Positions 11,345-24,154 are shown, numbered from the whole stretch's first letter. The stretch: DNA of 61,710 bases, filler included, from Sphacelaria rigidula (GCA_964200075.2; 11 parts of 11 records of this genome joined end to end with filler, not necessarily neighbours in it); one strand, 5' to 3'. The notes: generated by a model from the sequence alone, not told the origin. Numbers and translations: made by a program.

Positions 11345-12820
11345 AAATATTCTACTTAAATTTTGAGTAGGTCCAGTACGGCCTAAAACACTCTACTTGA
11401 AACTAATTTGAGTAGATTGAGTACGGCCACCAATACTTTACTCGAATATTGAGTCAGCACTATAGTATCAGGAATACTTCAATAGAGAGGATCACTTGGG
11501 TATGACCTCAATACTCTACTCAAATTTTGAGTAGGTTGTGTACGGCCTTAAATACTCTACTCAAAACTAATTTAAGTAGATCGAGTACGACCTCCAATAT
11601 TCTACTCGAATATTGAGTAAGCACTCTCACAGTTGGTAACCTGGAAACCTTCTGACAGTTGGGTCGTGGGTTCAATTCTCGGAGGGATCTGGAATTTTTT
11701 CTCACACAATGCCCAACAGTGGAGAGCGACGATGTCGTGGGTACACAAAATTCGACTTCACGGTGGACGAGATAAAGGGACTGCTAAACCCCTCTCGCGA
11801 TAAATAAAATAAAGGCAAGCACCGCAGAAGGAAGGTGGGGTACTAAAAACAAATAAAAACGAAAAAGCTCCTGTGTTAGCCTTCCTCCTGTGTGACCCCG
11901 GCTGGTGTGCTCACATATATCGAAAGGGGTAGACCGGCACACAGAATAGATGGGACGACAACACACACACACACACACTCACACACTCAGGAATACTTCA
12001 GTATAGAGTATCACTTGGGTATGATGAGTATCCGTGACCGCCGGCGACTTCGTGACTTCACTTCACAGACTATGTTGAATACATGGGCGAACGATGGCAA
12101 TCAATTAGATGAGTGGCGGTACGTCATAGGCTACAATGAGTGTGAGCGAATGATGGCCATGAAAAAATAAAAAACAAAAAAAGTACTGGTGAATGAACCT
12201 ACCTGCCCCAGCCCACCTGCCCCCACCCATGACAGTACATACTTGATACCTCCCAACCCTTTCGATATCACTTTCAGCACAAAGCGCTACTTATTATCGA
12301 GTAATCGAGTAGACGGGTAGACGGGTAGGTATCATCAAAATGAGCGACTTTACTGGCCGCACATGTGACTCCTCCATGGGAGAGTCAGTGGTGGTACATC
12401 GGGTCCGGCCTCAGATACCCTACGAGTACCCAACTTTCGGATAGATTGGGTATGACGTTAAACACTCTACTCAAATTTTGGGTAGATTGAGTACGGTCTC
12501 AAATACTCTCTCACATTTTGAGTGGGTCGAGTACGGTCTCAAATTCTCTACTCAGAGTTTGAGTAGATCGTGTACCACCTTCAATACTCTACTCAAATAT
12601 TGGGTAAGCACTCTCAGTAATACCCGAGTATAGAGTATCACTTGGGTATGACCTCAATACTCAACTCAAGTTTTGAATAGGTCGAGTACAGCCTTGAACA
12701 TTCTACTCAAATTTTGGGTAGGTTGAGTACGGCCTCAAATACTCTACTCAAAATTTGAGTACTAAAAGTATGACTCTTCGAAAATACCGAGTATTGAGTA
12801 TACGCTACTCGACCTGCCCT
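11345..12820. repeat. Array of about 40-nt palindromic units (AATACTCTACTCAAATTTTGAGTAGGTCGAGTACGGCCTC-like), probably subterminal repeats of a non-autonomous DNA transposon
   Basis: About 13 units lie in two blocks (11345-11629 and about 12447-12765). Each unit has a CTACTCAAA-n-TTTGAGTAG hairpin, and a GAGTATCACTTGGGTATGA linker recurs. The candidate terminus is TACTCGACCTGCCCT at 12806-12820. Confidence 0.8.
11630..11985 (+). mobile_element. tRNA-derived SINE, 5'-truncated, with (CA)n tail
   Basis: It has an A-box remnant CAGTTGG, a B-box-like GGTTCAATTCTC, a body shared with 24155-24495 and a (CA)n tail. It interrupts the host repeat at gcactctca|ggaatac. Confidence 0.8.
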
Positions 12821-13287
12821 TGAAAGGCTTCCTCCCGCTGTCGTTCCTCATCTGTCGCTGCTCCCCCAGTCCGTTCGTTTCTACAGTCAGTACAAACGGT
12901 ACATTTTTTCTCTTCATTGTGCAGAGAGCTATGTAGCGAGCTGATAACGCCGTCTTTTTATTTGGTCATTTTGTTCAGTCGATTGTTCGCCTCCTCGAAA
13001 AACTCATGTACCACAGGTATTATACAGGGAATATCACCCCCGGTAACAACGGGAACTACCCTCACCCGACAGCTCTGTGAGTTCTGTGAGGATCTCATAC
13101 AGGTACCCGGCAGTTTAGTCAGATCTGCACACGTCGGACGAGCACGAGTGTGACTAGTGGCACTCGCACTCGTTGGGCTGCTTGTTGGTCGTGAAAATTA
13201 ATATGGCGAGCACTCGAGTCATTGCTCGTTATGGAATTAATTAATAGGGCGAGCAATCGCGTCATTGCTCGTTGTGGAAAAAATTAA

Positions 13288-14578
13288 CCCCTTCGGGACC
13301 GAGCCTTCAGAACGACCAATGAGGCTGGTTAAGAATGACGTGTCTGGTGTCTGCACGAAACAGTGGCTCCATGTTGCTGAAAATCTGCGTATGTAACCGC
13401 AGGGTTATGAGGAAGACCAAAAGTTTCATCCAATCTATTTTCAGATGCAGGGTGCGCATTGGGTAATGTACACCTGATGGTCCAAGCAGTATGTATCGCC
13501 GTAGAAAGCTTTCAACAGGATGCGGCAACCGGCGGGCCGCCCGCCACTTGTGGCTTTGGATGAGACACTTTCTACGATAACCCCCCCCCAAAAAATCCAG
13601 CCCAAGAGTGTCACGAAAAAACTTGCCAGACAGCGCCTGATGTTTGGGTTCAGGCAGCATGAAGCGCCTCACATGGGCGACATTGGCGAGAATGAACCCA
13701 AGCGTGGGAATTCCCAGCTGCTCGTTGTGCTCGGCTTTTTCCATTTCGATTTACGTAAAGATTTTACCTGCTCAAACCAGGCACATGTTGGGGAGGAGCT
13801 ATCGTAGGAAGTGTCATGATATTATTGTCCCCGTCACCTTGCCACACAACCCTCTGTGGTCGGGATGGGCCGCCATTTCCCTCTTTGTTGCATGCGACAA
13901 ATTATCTTCGAAGGGTATGGGCGTTGCGGCGCACATACATACAGTAAGTACAGTACAGTGCAGTACATCTCTCTGACTGCAGCGGCAGCTGCCGCTGCAT
14001 ACTCCCTCGTACGTTCTGCGCGGTTTTCGGCGACGGAGATCAGCCGCCTACACGCAGCTTGATCATGCCCGCCCACTACATACATGTTCACGGTGTTCTG
14101 CAAGTCATCGGTAGAGGGATAATCAGATTTCATGACGGTAGCCCCTTTTGTCTTTCCACGGCCCACCTCAGTTTAGTGCCTCGTGAAAATGACCACATTG
14201 TGGCATATACACTCCTTCTCGGTTTTCCCCATTTCACCCTGTGTTGGTGTAATCAATACGTTTTAGTATAGGCTGGCGACCCAAAAAACTCCGGGGAAAT
14301 CCCGGGAACGCTGTACTGAATGCAAGTAATACGATAAGCCATGCTCCGAGCATCCTGGCTTTGGAAACCTGCGAAGGTTTATGTGGACCAGGGATAGGGC
14401 CCCCACACGATCTTTGCAGTGACATTACACTCGGCAACAGTCCCCGCGCTGGTCGGTTGGGTATGGTCGCTAAATTTCGCCTCACCGTGATTGGGCAGGT
14501 CGCTCCCTGACTTATTTTTTCATCATTTCACCAACACATGGTCAACCCCGTGTTAGTGGGGGGTAGGTCCCAAAAGGG
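13288..14578. mobile_element. Non-autonomous piggyBac-like element
   Basis: Termini are TTAA|CCCCTTCGGGACC ... GGTCCCAAAAGGG|TTA. A homologous full-length copy lies at 19164-20195 in the opposite orientation. Confidence 0.75.
13564..13815. mobile_element. 252-bp MITE, TIR GACACTTTCTACGATA, 4-bp TSD ATGA
   Basis: The TIRs match at 15/16. ATGA flanks both sides (13560-13563, 13816-13819). The segment is absent from the paralogous host copy near 19920, which is an empty site. Confidence 0.85.
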
Positions 14579-15377
14579 TTATAGGGCGAGCACTCGAGTC
14601 ATTGCTCGTTGTGAAAACAAGTCATGACTCGAGCACACGAGTCATGCTCGTTGTGTTTTCAAAAAACATCCACGAGTGCACTTGTTCCGACGAGTAATGA
14701 CTCGTCCGACCTGGGAAGATCTGTGTGAAATATTAACCCTTATCCGAAGTACGGGTATATACCAGCTTGTAGAAATACCCAGTTGCGGGTAGAGGTTTCT
14801 GTACAATCTTCATATTGTACCCGACATCTTCTGTCACACGTTCTGGAAGACTTGCATACCGGTACCCGACAGATCTGTGAGATCTGTGATGAATCTCCAC
14901 ACGCGGCCATTCGCCTACCCCCTCAAAATCCTCTCTCGCGATTTTCATCCTCCCGAGGGTGAAGTGACCCTCCCGAGGATCAAAATACCCTCTAGACGGT
15001 ACTTCATACTCGGTTCCGATCATGAAACAAATCCTCTGGAGGGCATCTGATGCTCCAGTGACTTCTGAGGTCTGAATCCCTCCAAAGTAAAAAAAATATG
15101 GTGCACTGAAGCACGTGGTTTTCGTGAACGTCCCTCAGAGGGAAATATGAACAGCAGAGGGAAATATGAGCATCATTCCTCTGGAGGAGGGACCGACTAT
15201 GGCCTCTAAGGCATTTGCTGCGACTCCAGAGGACAGAGCCGTGCAGTATCCTCCAGCTTGTAAATTTACATTTGTGCACTTGTGTCCCAACTGCTTCCAG
15301 GGCACCTTTGGGACCCTAGCAATCTTGTGGTATGGGCCATCACGCCAGATATACCTGTATCACCCGCCGTTCACACT

Positions 15378-15463
15378 GACCTTCCTCCCGTGTGACCCCG
15401 GCTGGTGCGCCCACATACTGTATACCGGCGTCCAGAATAGATGGGACGACAACACACAACACA
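15378..15463 (+). mobile_element. SINE 3' fragment
   Basis: ccttcctcccgtgtgaccccggctggtgcgccc...cagaatagatgggacgacaacacac matches the 3' ends of the copies at 11630 and 24155. Confidence 0.7.
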
Positions 15464-17744
15464 ACCCGCCGTTCACAGATTTTTCCATAGCACTTGTGCC
15501 TCCAAAAACAATCCAGGGGATTCAAATATTGACACAGACCTTGGAGGCCCCCAACATTGAGAATCCTATAGGATTACGAATACCCAAGATCCTCTGGGGG
15601 GGGTTTCAACACGGACGGAACCGAGGATGACGTTTGGAAATTCCTCTACAAGGTAGCCGAATGGCCGCGTGTGTCATACCCTACCGAATAATACCCGTAC
15701 CCTACAAAACGCATCCTTGGAAAGTTGCGTCGTTGACAAAACACATTTTTTTTCATTTGTTTAGAAAGCGGGATCCGGTATTATAGCGGCGCGGGATCTC
15801 GTAGCAGTGCGGGTGCCAGCCTCTTGCGGTGGGTTGCCTTCCTTCCATGACCACGCTTTATTGAGATCTCCGCATGATACCGGCATAGTACAACCACTTG
15901 ATATTAGTATGGAATATCGAATCGAACTTGTGACAAGAGGTTTTGACAGCACTGTGGTGGGACCTCCCCTGTATAAGAATAAATTAAAATCTGTTTTGGA
16001 GAAAAATATACTTGTACATGCAGTCCGGGGACGTGGATAATCGATTAGACGGTAGAAGGGGGGAGGGGGCGGAACTGCTCAGCCGTGGCGGAAGGAATCA
16101 ATTACCGTCGTTGAAGGTCATTGAATTTGTTCCGAGAAGAGGTCTAGCGCCCAAGGGATGGATGGAGAATGCATTTGCCACTCTTGTTAACGCTCTGTTT
16201 TTTTCAATATCATGTATACTAGATGCACTCGGAAGATGACAAATGCTGTGCGGGGAAAAAATTACATAAATGTCATTTTTTGTAGAGGGGGACCACAAAT
16301 AAAAATACAAATATTGAGCTTGGAAAAAAATGAAACGATTGAAGAAAAAAAGAAAGTGTGAAAACAAAGCAACTCCCACATGGACAGGCGTCGCAAGGCG
16401 ACAGCAAGATGGGATAAAGAAAGGAACAGTAGAATCATTGTTATTATACTTGCACTGCACATCAACAGATCGAGAAGAGTTTTTACGTTCTGTGTTCTAC
16501 CACGATCATGACCACACCTTCAAGCCGCTAGAATACCCTTGCGGCTCAAAGTCGCAAGGCTTTGTACCTCATCACTGGCACCAAATATTTTCGCCAAGGT
16601 TAGCGTGAGTGCACGCCCATAGTATCGCACGGTTAGGACGAATCATCACGATTGAGAATCACCAAATCCACGATTTCTTCGGCCTGATCGCCCAACAGGG
16701 AGAAAAAAGTTGACCGCTGATCCAAGGGGAATCCACGCAACTTTTGCGCCATTCCACGTGNNNNNNNNNNNNNNNNNNNNNNNNNNNNNNNNNNNNNNNN
16801 NNNNTTAATTAATTAANNNNNNNNNNNNNNNNNNNNNNNNNNNNNNNNNNNNNNNNNNNNCGAGGTCAATGGTCTGATGACTATGGCAAGCATGATCATG
16901 AGTACACCCCCCTGGTTTGCGTACCCCGGGCACTTGAAATAACGTAGAATATGCGTGGAGACCCTGTTGACCCGCGATCAATGCTTTTTTTTTTCACTTT
17001 CTCGAGTAATCAGGCCTCAAAAATCGTAGACGTCATGATTTGAGCCAGTGATGATTCATCCGGCCCTCGAAAGTGTTACGTAGCTCATTTTTGCCTTTTC
17101 CTTGTGTACGTTTTCCCACTCAAAGTTGAGTTCGCCACCCTTTGTGCTGTGCGATTTTTCCGGGGAAAAGTCACTGTAATGTCGTTTCTTGACGGGTCAA
17201 AGCCAAAACAAGCGGATCATGCACGGTTGAGTAACAGTGTCGGTGAGGGTTATCGAGACAGGAGTGCAGTACAACTCCTTTGGTCAGCGTTCAAACCCCT
17301 TGGGCCGCCTGTGGTTTGTCAGCTTCTGTGTTCGTAATGGCTGCTATGGCACCAAATATCAAAATCTCATACACCTCTGAAGCATTTGCTTGTATTTCCG
17401 CCACCGATGCCAGACATATCTGAATCTCGAAATTGAAATTGAAATCGACATCAAAATCAAATTAGATTTCGATTATTCAGAATTAGACGTTGGGAGGGGA
17501 ATAAACAAAATGGGGGTAGATCCGGTGGTTTCAGGAACAAAAAAGGGTACCGAACGATTTGGTTCGAAGCGGGGCGCTGCACGCGGGCGGGGCACCTTGA
17601 GAACATGTTCCAGCACCCCAGGCGCACGCCCAACGTGCTTGGCCCAGCCTTCTCATTATTTTTGGCATATGGCAACTACGCCATGCAAAAGATGAGCCTC
17701 TTAGATCACCCAATTTGAGGAACAAACCAGCAGGGTACACCCGA

Positions 17745-19080
17745 CTCCCAACTAAAAAATACCATCATACCCGTTTTGTCAACGTACAAACCCTTTTATG
17801 CTCATGCACACATACCCCCCTTTTCTGTTCGATGCTAACCATACCGCGGACTCCGCAAAGGATACGCCAAACAGTCACAAACATACCCCCATTGTTGTCA
17901 AATTACATCTCGCCGAAAAGGCCGAGCAGCGCATCGACCAAGAAGTTGTAGCCCGCTGCTGGTTGCCCCGCAGACCCAAAATATACAACGATGCGTGGAG
18001 AGCACGAGCATTTGTGTGTTGGAGATCACAAGGATCTGGACAGGTGTGAAAAGTCTTACCAGCACACACATGCCCGAGTATCATCATGTCGCGCGCAGCA
18101 CAAGGCACGGCACGGCACGCACACGCACAGCACCACAGCTTACGCACGCATGCACAAGTCAACCACCACGAGCTAGCGGCAAAAGCAGCAGTAGCAGCAG
18201 AACTAATCGCACACCCCTGGCAGGCAGCCGAACCAGCTGCTTTCGTGTGTACAGATTGATGGTTTTTGTTGGAAATATACTCCATAGACAGTGCAGTAGT
18301 GCAGAACATTGTTCGCAACACAAACAGAAGTAATGTACGGTGCGGTGCAGACATTACTGTGGAACAGACAGTACTGTGTGGTACTGCAATAAATTGTTCT
18401 GACTATAGCACGTGTTCTACTGAAAGCTCTGAACACCACTACTTCCCCATATACATAGGTCATGCGCTGGTGTCGACACGGCACGGTTGTCCAAGACTGC
18501 TGCTGTCCCCCTGCTCTCGTGTTTTCGCCATCCACTCCAGTCCTCTGATACTCCCATAAATATGTCGAGGTATTGAAATCTAGTTATCTCTTCGACCGCG
18601 AGGCTAGGTCGCCTGCGGAACAGGTATCAATTTTACATGAAAAAAGTATGTGCGATCCAGACGGACGACCTGCATCGCGGTTCAAGGGTTAAACCTACTT
18701 CCTTGTACCCGTATATTTCTCCGGAACAAAAACAAGTCATCGCATGGTGACGCGACATGATGGCGTTTGGGCGTGTGTGCACTGGCAACACTTTTCACAC
18801 CCATTTAGATCCTCGTGATCTCCCGCATACAAGCGCTTGCGCCGTGCCCGCATCGTCGAACCTTTTGGGTCTGCGGGGCAACCAGCAGCGGGCTGCAATT
18901 TCTGGGTCGATGGGCTGGTCGGCCTATTTGGTAAGATGAATTTTGACAAATTAGTGTATGTGACTGTTCGGCATCGTCTGTGGACCCGGCGGTAGGTTCA
19001 CCATTGAACAAAAAGAGTATGCATGTGAGCATACAAGGGTACGCACATGAACAAAAACGGGGATGACTTTTTCAGCTGAG
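17745..19080. repeat. Two diverged about 340-bp copies of one repeat in inverted orientation (about 17745-18095 and 18745-19080)
   Basis: Both share the core GCCCGCTGCTGGTTGCCCCGCAGACCCAAAA and have collinear flanks. A GGG-TTAA type end lies near 18690. Confidence 0.7.
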
Positions 19081-19163
19081 GCTGCTTCTTATGGACCCAA
19101 AAAAGTCACTGAGAAAAGTCGTTTCGGTCAGTTTCCAGAGACTTTTTTCAGGACGCGACTTAT

Positions 19164-20195
19164 CCCTTTTGGGACCGACGCCCCATTAACACAGGGTTGA
19201 CCCTGTGTTAGTGAAAAAATAAAATAAACTCAGGGAGCGACCTGCCCAAGCACGGCGAGGCGAAATCTATCGACCAGACAGGAACGATCAGCGCGGGGAC
19301 TGTTGGCGAGTGTGATGCCACTGCGAAGACGTGTGGGAGCCCTATCCCTGGCCCAGATGAGCCTTTCCAGGTTCCCAAATGCAGGGTGGTCGCAGCTTGT
19401 TTTTATGATACTACTTGCATTCAGTATAGCGTTCCCGAGATTTCCGGAGGGGGGGGTGGGGGGTTGGGTCGCAATTCTATACTAAAACATAGTAATTACA
19501 CTAACACAGGGTGGAGCGGAAAAAAACAGGAAGGAGTGTACATGCTACGTTTGGGTCATTTTCACGAGGCACTACCCCCAGGTGGGCCGCGGGAAGACAA
19601 AATGAGCTACTGTCATGAATTCTGCTTATCCCTCTGCCGATGACTTGCAGTGTACAGTTAACATGTATGTAGAGGGCGGGGATGAAGAAGCGGTATATAG
19701 GCAGTTGATCTCGGTAGCTGATAATTGCCCAGAAGAGTATGCAGCGGCAGCTGTTGCCGCAGTCGGAGAGGCGTACTACACTGTACTGTACTGTAATGTA
19801 TGCATGCGCGCCGCAACGCTGATATACCCTTCGAAGAGAATTTGCCGCGCGCAGCAAAGAGGGAAATGACGACCCACCCCGACCACAAAGGGCTGTGTGA
19901 CAAGGCGATGGGGACAATAATAGCATCCAAAGCCACAAGTGGCCGGCGGCCCGCCCGTCGCCGCATCCTGTTGGAAGCTCTCTACCGCGACTCATACTGC
20001 TTGCTACATCAGATGTACACTACCTAATCCGCAACTTGCACCTAAAAATAGATCGGATGAAACTTTGGGTCTTTGTCATTACCCTGCGGTTCGTACGCGG
20101 ATTTTCAGCGACACGCCACTGTTTCGCGCAGACGCCAGACACGTCATTCCTGACCAGCCTCATTGGTCGTTCTGGAGGCCCGGTCCCAAAAGGGG
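19164..20195. mobile_element. Non-autonomous piggyBac-like element, second copy
   Basis: Termini are CCCTTTTGGGACC ... GGTCCCAAAAGGGG with degenerate TTAA flanks (TTAT/TTGA). It is the reverse-complement homologue of 13288-14578. Confidence 0.75.
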
Positions 20196-21049
20196 TTGAA
20201 GGACCATTTTTCGAGGAAAACGTCTCTGGAAACTGACAGCCGTTTCTAAACAGCGCGATTTTTCCAAATATCTTCGGGAGAAGCATCCAGTTCCCAGAGA
20301 CTTTACTCTGGGAATTGACGTTCCATCACACACTCCTCGCATACAGGTGTAGTACAGTCAGTGCAAAAGCAGCGGTGCATGTTGTATGTACAGTACCGTG
20401 GCAACAGCATAGCTGCTGCAGCACTCCATGCATCCTCTTCATGGCCGTAGGACCAGGGACAGACAGTACAGACTGTGCAGTGCTTTTTCGCCGGCAGCGT
20501 TACCACTATAAAATAGCACGATGTCGCCCCGGCTGGCTGTATTGACTACTCGTATCGTTCCAACCTCGCCGTGCCCGCCACAGATTGCGAACTCTGTAGT
20601 ATTCCGTGTACTGAGACGGTTGCTACCGCACTACGGACTGTAACGTGAGTTCGTTGTGTGCGGTATGGCACAAAGCGTCTCCTGCACACTGCACCGCTGA
20701 CGACACTACTACCGTACCAAGCGGCGGTCGGCTGAAGTAAGGGTTGATACGCCTGTCATTTTGATCCCTATTGTACCAGTAACTACTGTGTGTGTGTGTG
20801 TGTGCGTGTGCGTGTGCGTGTGTATGTGTGTGTGCTGCCATCCCATCTATCCCGTACCTGGACGGGATGATTTACGTGTTACTTTACCGCAGGTGACACA
20901 AGCACAAACGCGAATGATAACCACTACCACCCTTTGCACGCAGGCTAGATGATGGCCTCGGGTGTACAAATCCCCAGGGTTTTTTCATAGACTACAAGAC
21001 CGATTTGTATGGCAACCAATCTCGAATCTGGCGGGACCCAAATCTGTGC

Positions 21050-22320
21050 CAAATCGGGGGGATCCAGATTCGTGAATCTTAGATTCGTGTATACCCCTGT
21101 ATGGCTTCACAGATTTGTTGAAAATGTTCTGTACACACACGGTCATTTTCTGGGTGGGTGTGGTATCACAGTGAAGCCGAAGAACAGGCAGGCAGGGAAT
21201 CATGCTTCAAGAGTAGCGTCGTACCGTGGTACCCTGAGGTATAATGCAGTGCAGTACACTGCACAATCACAACAGTACACCATAATGCCGTGTGGCAATA
21301 CATGATGCAGTCGGTATGGCGAGAACAGTGCACAGTGTGCGACAAGAGTTCACGAGTGCAGGGTCATTCATCACTCTGCAAGTACCGCGACAACAGGGTG
21401 TTGAATAGTACAGTACCGTTTGCTATGATGATACATACAGCAGTACAGCATAAAATATTGTCATCACCGCAGGGTACGGCGTCAACACTTCCTATCCGCT
21501 TGTCAAACCCCGCACGGAGCTGCTCCAGCAGCCGGCGCTCGCAGGTACTGTCTGTGCTGTCACGAGACCGTCTGCTGCTGTTGTTGCAAAAATATCAAAC
21601 GCCTCCTGCCTTATCACCGTACGTCAACATACGTACGTGTGTTGCTACAGTTTCAGGAGACCTTGATTTGCCACGGATCTGCACTCAGATTCGTGTACAA
21701 CCCTTCTCAAATCGTGATGAACCAATCTGAGCTTTTCCGATTTGGGCCAAATTGGGGTCCACACAAAGCGTTTCCGGATCTAGGTTCTCCGATCTGCGTA
21801 CAGATCCGCCTTTGTGACTGCCATACAATACGTACGGTCTCAGACCCACTTTCATGACAACGGATCTCGATTTTTTGGGGATGGGGACTCAAATTCGTGG
21901 ACTCGAGATCGGGGGGACCGTTTTATGGCACAGATAGTACAGTATCACAGATTTGTGAAACGGTTCTGTACACAGACGGTCATTTTCTGCGTGAGTGTGG
22001 TACTGCGTACTCATGCATGAAGCCGAAGAGCAGGCAGGCGGTAAACAATCCTTCGAGTACAATGTCGCAACTTGGTACCGTAGGGTACAACGCTGCAGGA
22101 CACTCCATCAGTACAGTACATGATAATGCCGTGTGGTTGTACATGATGGTACAGCCGGTATTGCGAGAACAGAGAACAAACAATGCGCGAGCAGAGTTCA
22201 GTAGTGTACTGTAGTGCCGTACATCACTCCTCAAGTAGAGCGACAACGGCTAGAAGAGTACAGTAGCGTTCGTTATAGCGATATATATGACAGCGGAGCG
22301 CAGCATAAAACATTGAGCAA
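21050..22320 (+). repeat. Two diverged direct copies of an about 400-bp repeat (about 21050-21460 and 21880-22320)
   Basis: Collinear blocks: cacagatttg..ttctgtacaca.acggtcattttctg, tgaagccgaaga.caggcaggc, ataatgccgtgtgg, cagcataaaa.attg. Confidence 0.7.
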
Positions 22321-24154
22321 TAGACTAGAAAAGGTATACCTTCTCGTTTTTTGCCCCAAGAAAGGTACGAAAAATGGCCNNNNNNNNNNNNNNNNNNNNN
22401 NNNNNNNNNNNNNNNNNNNNNNNTTAATTAATTAANNNNNNNNNNNNNNNNNNNNNNNNNNNNNNNNNNNNNNNNNNNNGTTGAGTCTAATTCTGGGGGG
22501 GGGGGGGGGGGGGGGGGGGGAGCTGAAAAAACCACCTTGCACATGTTCTTCGAGAGTGGGACCATATATCGAAAATGGTCGAGAACCGAAAATCGATACC
22601 AGATAGCAGTTCGAATCGACAAACCTCGGCTTCTCAGTCCGCGATTCCGCTCTTGACGTTTTCTCCTTCCTGGCATCACTGAGGGAAAAGTGGGCGTGCT
22701 GATCTCAGCATGTATTGTCACATTGCGCTGTGCTTCAAGTCTCTATTAATAGCTCACGTCCTCCACTTCAACGGCTGCATTACACGGTACACACAGTCTA
22801 CGCTGTTCCCCGATGTGCGCACTCTGTGCCCTCATATGTTCGGTATTTTGCAGGTCTCCCGATACACTGGAGGGGGCGTGTGTCAACGACTGCTCCTAAA
22901 CCCGCCCGGAGGGGGGCACGTGTGTCGAAGACTTCTTCATAAATTGCCTCATCTGTTTTTGTTCACGGCCACCCGAAAACTATTCAACATGGTTTTCCCC
23001 GCCGATACTGCTGATACCATCATCAGGTATTGCGCAGCGGAACATATAGCTCATCTTCCTGCTGCCGATAATTGCCCGGACGACTCCTCCTCGTTGGCTA
23101 CGGGTGAAATTTGACGTTTTTCGTTTGTAGATAAGCTGGGAAGCTGTCTGGAACCTGCACATCCTTCACGCCTGAAAGCACACCCGCCCCTGGAAGCCCT
23201 TTGATGGGCCTGGACCGTCGGCTCGAAAATTTGCGGGACAACGCTGCCGACTCAAGGATTTTTTCCTTGAGCGCAGCCCAGAAATTACGTCGTAAAAGGG
23301 TGATTAGATCGCAAGCTGGCGTGAAAAACGGATTGAGAAATACGTGATACACCGTACGTTGCCATTGAGAACGGTGTTTGCAAACAGAAAGTAGTTGCTC
23401 AACTGCAGCGTGGGGGGTTACCCCAATCTTTTTAACGCCCGGGCCCCTAGTTGGATGCTAGAGGGACATCACCTTTGGGGAGGGCTTCGAAATATTTTTT
23501 CGAGAAGGATCCTTGCGACGAACATAAACTAGGGCGTCATGGACATCATGCATAGACCAATAGCAGCAGCGCTGTGCCACCTGATGACAAAAACGGCAGA
23601 GCCATCTCGGCAAAAAACAGTGGTACAACGAATGCGCATGTGGTCATCAACACACGAAACTGTTGTTGCTGAACAGCTGAGCGCCGTGGTGCATTTCAAA
23701 TGCTGGGACGCACGTGCTGTAGGCGCAGCTCGTGCGGGTGTGGTCGGATGGTGCTCTGGATTCGTACCTCACATTTGCAGTGAATTCCCCCCCGTCCATA
23801 ACGGCAAACTGACGAGAACGAGGATGACTTAAACACACACGCGAGAAACGCGTATGGGATCGCATCGGTGAGCTTTCCGCCAGCATCAGCTCCCGTGACA
23901 CCACCGAGCGGTACAGTCACTTACTCACAGCCGGATGACACCACGGAGTACGAACATAGAGCACCCGCCTCGCTCAACCGTGACGAAATAATACTGAACG
24001 CCCTTTGGTCAGAATTTTCACTGTGCGTGACTTCTGTCGGGCGTCCGTGTCGCTGTAGCGCCCATCTACGCCGACGGAAATGATGGAAATCATAATCCGA
24101 GGACTCGCGGGAAAATCAGCGGGTAAAATCCCGGAGCAACATTTTCATGTATAG

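Larger units (their letters stand above)
13120..14723. mobile_element. MITE with about 23-bp imperfect TIR (CAGATCTGCACACGTCGGACGAG) and GAGCACTCGAGTCATTGCTCGTT subterminal repeats
   Basis: TIRs are at 13120-13142 and 14701-14723. A second family copy lies at about 26895-27310. No TSD was identified. Confidence 0.7.

Noticed and set aside
11630..11700. tRNA gene
   Set aside because: The A/B boxes are fused to a repeated body with a CA tail, also seen at 24155 and 39337. This is a SINE, with no complete cloverleaf.
11345..12820. CRISPR or guide-RNA array
   Set aside because: The palindromic repeats abut each other with no unique spacers, there is no cas-like gene, and the context is eukaryotic TE sequence.
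22930..24100. Coding remnant in contig 5
   Set aside because: The ORFs are short and stop-interrupted, with no motif I can support.
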